NCBI GenBank assembly: GCA_964016885.1 | Contig: CAXHJY010001726.1 | Location: 1-37,747 of the forward strand | From: Eledone cirrhosa | Lineage: Eukaryota | Reading direction: 5' to 3' | DNA: 37,747 nt | Part shown: in pieces, positions 37,356-37,747 of the stretch | How positions within the stretch are numbered: the first letter of the stretch is position 1 | Layout: every line of letters begins with the position of its first letter | The notes under the pieces: generated by a model | What the model was told of the DNA's origin: nothing | Database searches by the model: none | Seen by the model: the letters and a program-made list of their open reading frames with translations, nothing else | Translations under genes and position numbers: made by a program

Positions 37356-37747
37356 CGAGGACATCTATTTTTTTTCCGTTTTCCGCCTTCCTCCGTCTCT
37401 CCTCGCCTTCCCCCGTATCTCCCTGCCGACCTGTTATTAATTTTATCAAATATATATTTATTGTACGACACCTCCCCGCCTCTTAACTCTCGTACTTTCA
37501 TCATCATATCCCTATAATTGTCTTGTCTTAGTTATTATTATCCATAAGTCCTGTAATTCCAAAAATATGAACTCCCCTCCGAACCGAACGAACACAAAGC
37601 GCTCCACAGGGGGACATACAAAAACAATCTCCACAAACCCAGAACCCACACTCTGTGTATGTGTGTGTATATATATATTTATATATATATATATATATAT
37701 AATATATATATATATATAAATATGCATATATATATTTAAAAGCCATT

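Overview
AT-rich, non-coding animal genomic DNA. The SINE repertoire and extreme microsatellite load suggest an octopus or other coleoid cephalopod (inference). Most of the window is (TA)n/(TG)n/(CA)n dinucleotide and (GGT/CAT/CAC)n triplet repeat, and essentially all supplied ORFs are translations of those repeats. No host protein-coding gene could be supported. The islands of complex sequence contain two tRNA-derived SINE families (CORE-like and Meta-domain-like, often as head-to-tail concatemers), the 3' end of an RTE-clade LINE ORF2 (34303-34544), and three satellites (137 bp, 48 bp and about 97 bp units). The most notable content is a set of short elements inserted in (TA)n tracts that carry minimal type I hammerhead ribozyme motifs. 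Four have complete cores (4807-4857 -, 28652-28717 -, 34727-34788 -, 34928-34993 +) and others are truncated. Three insertions from two unrelated families share a fold-back architecture (inverted partial copy plus a one-sided tail), as expected for pseudo-LTR remnants of Penelope-like retroelements or retrozyme-like RNAs. All structures were derived by hand. No database search or folding computation was run.
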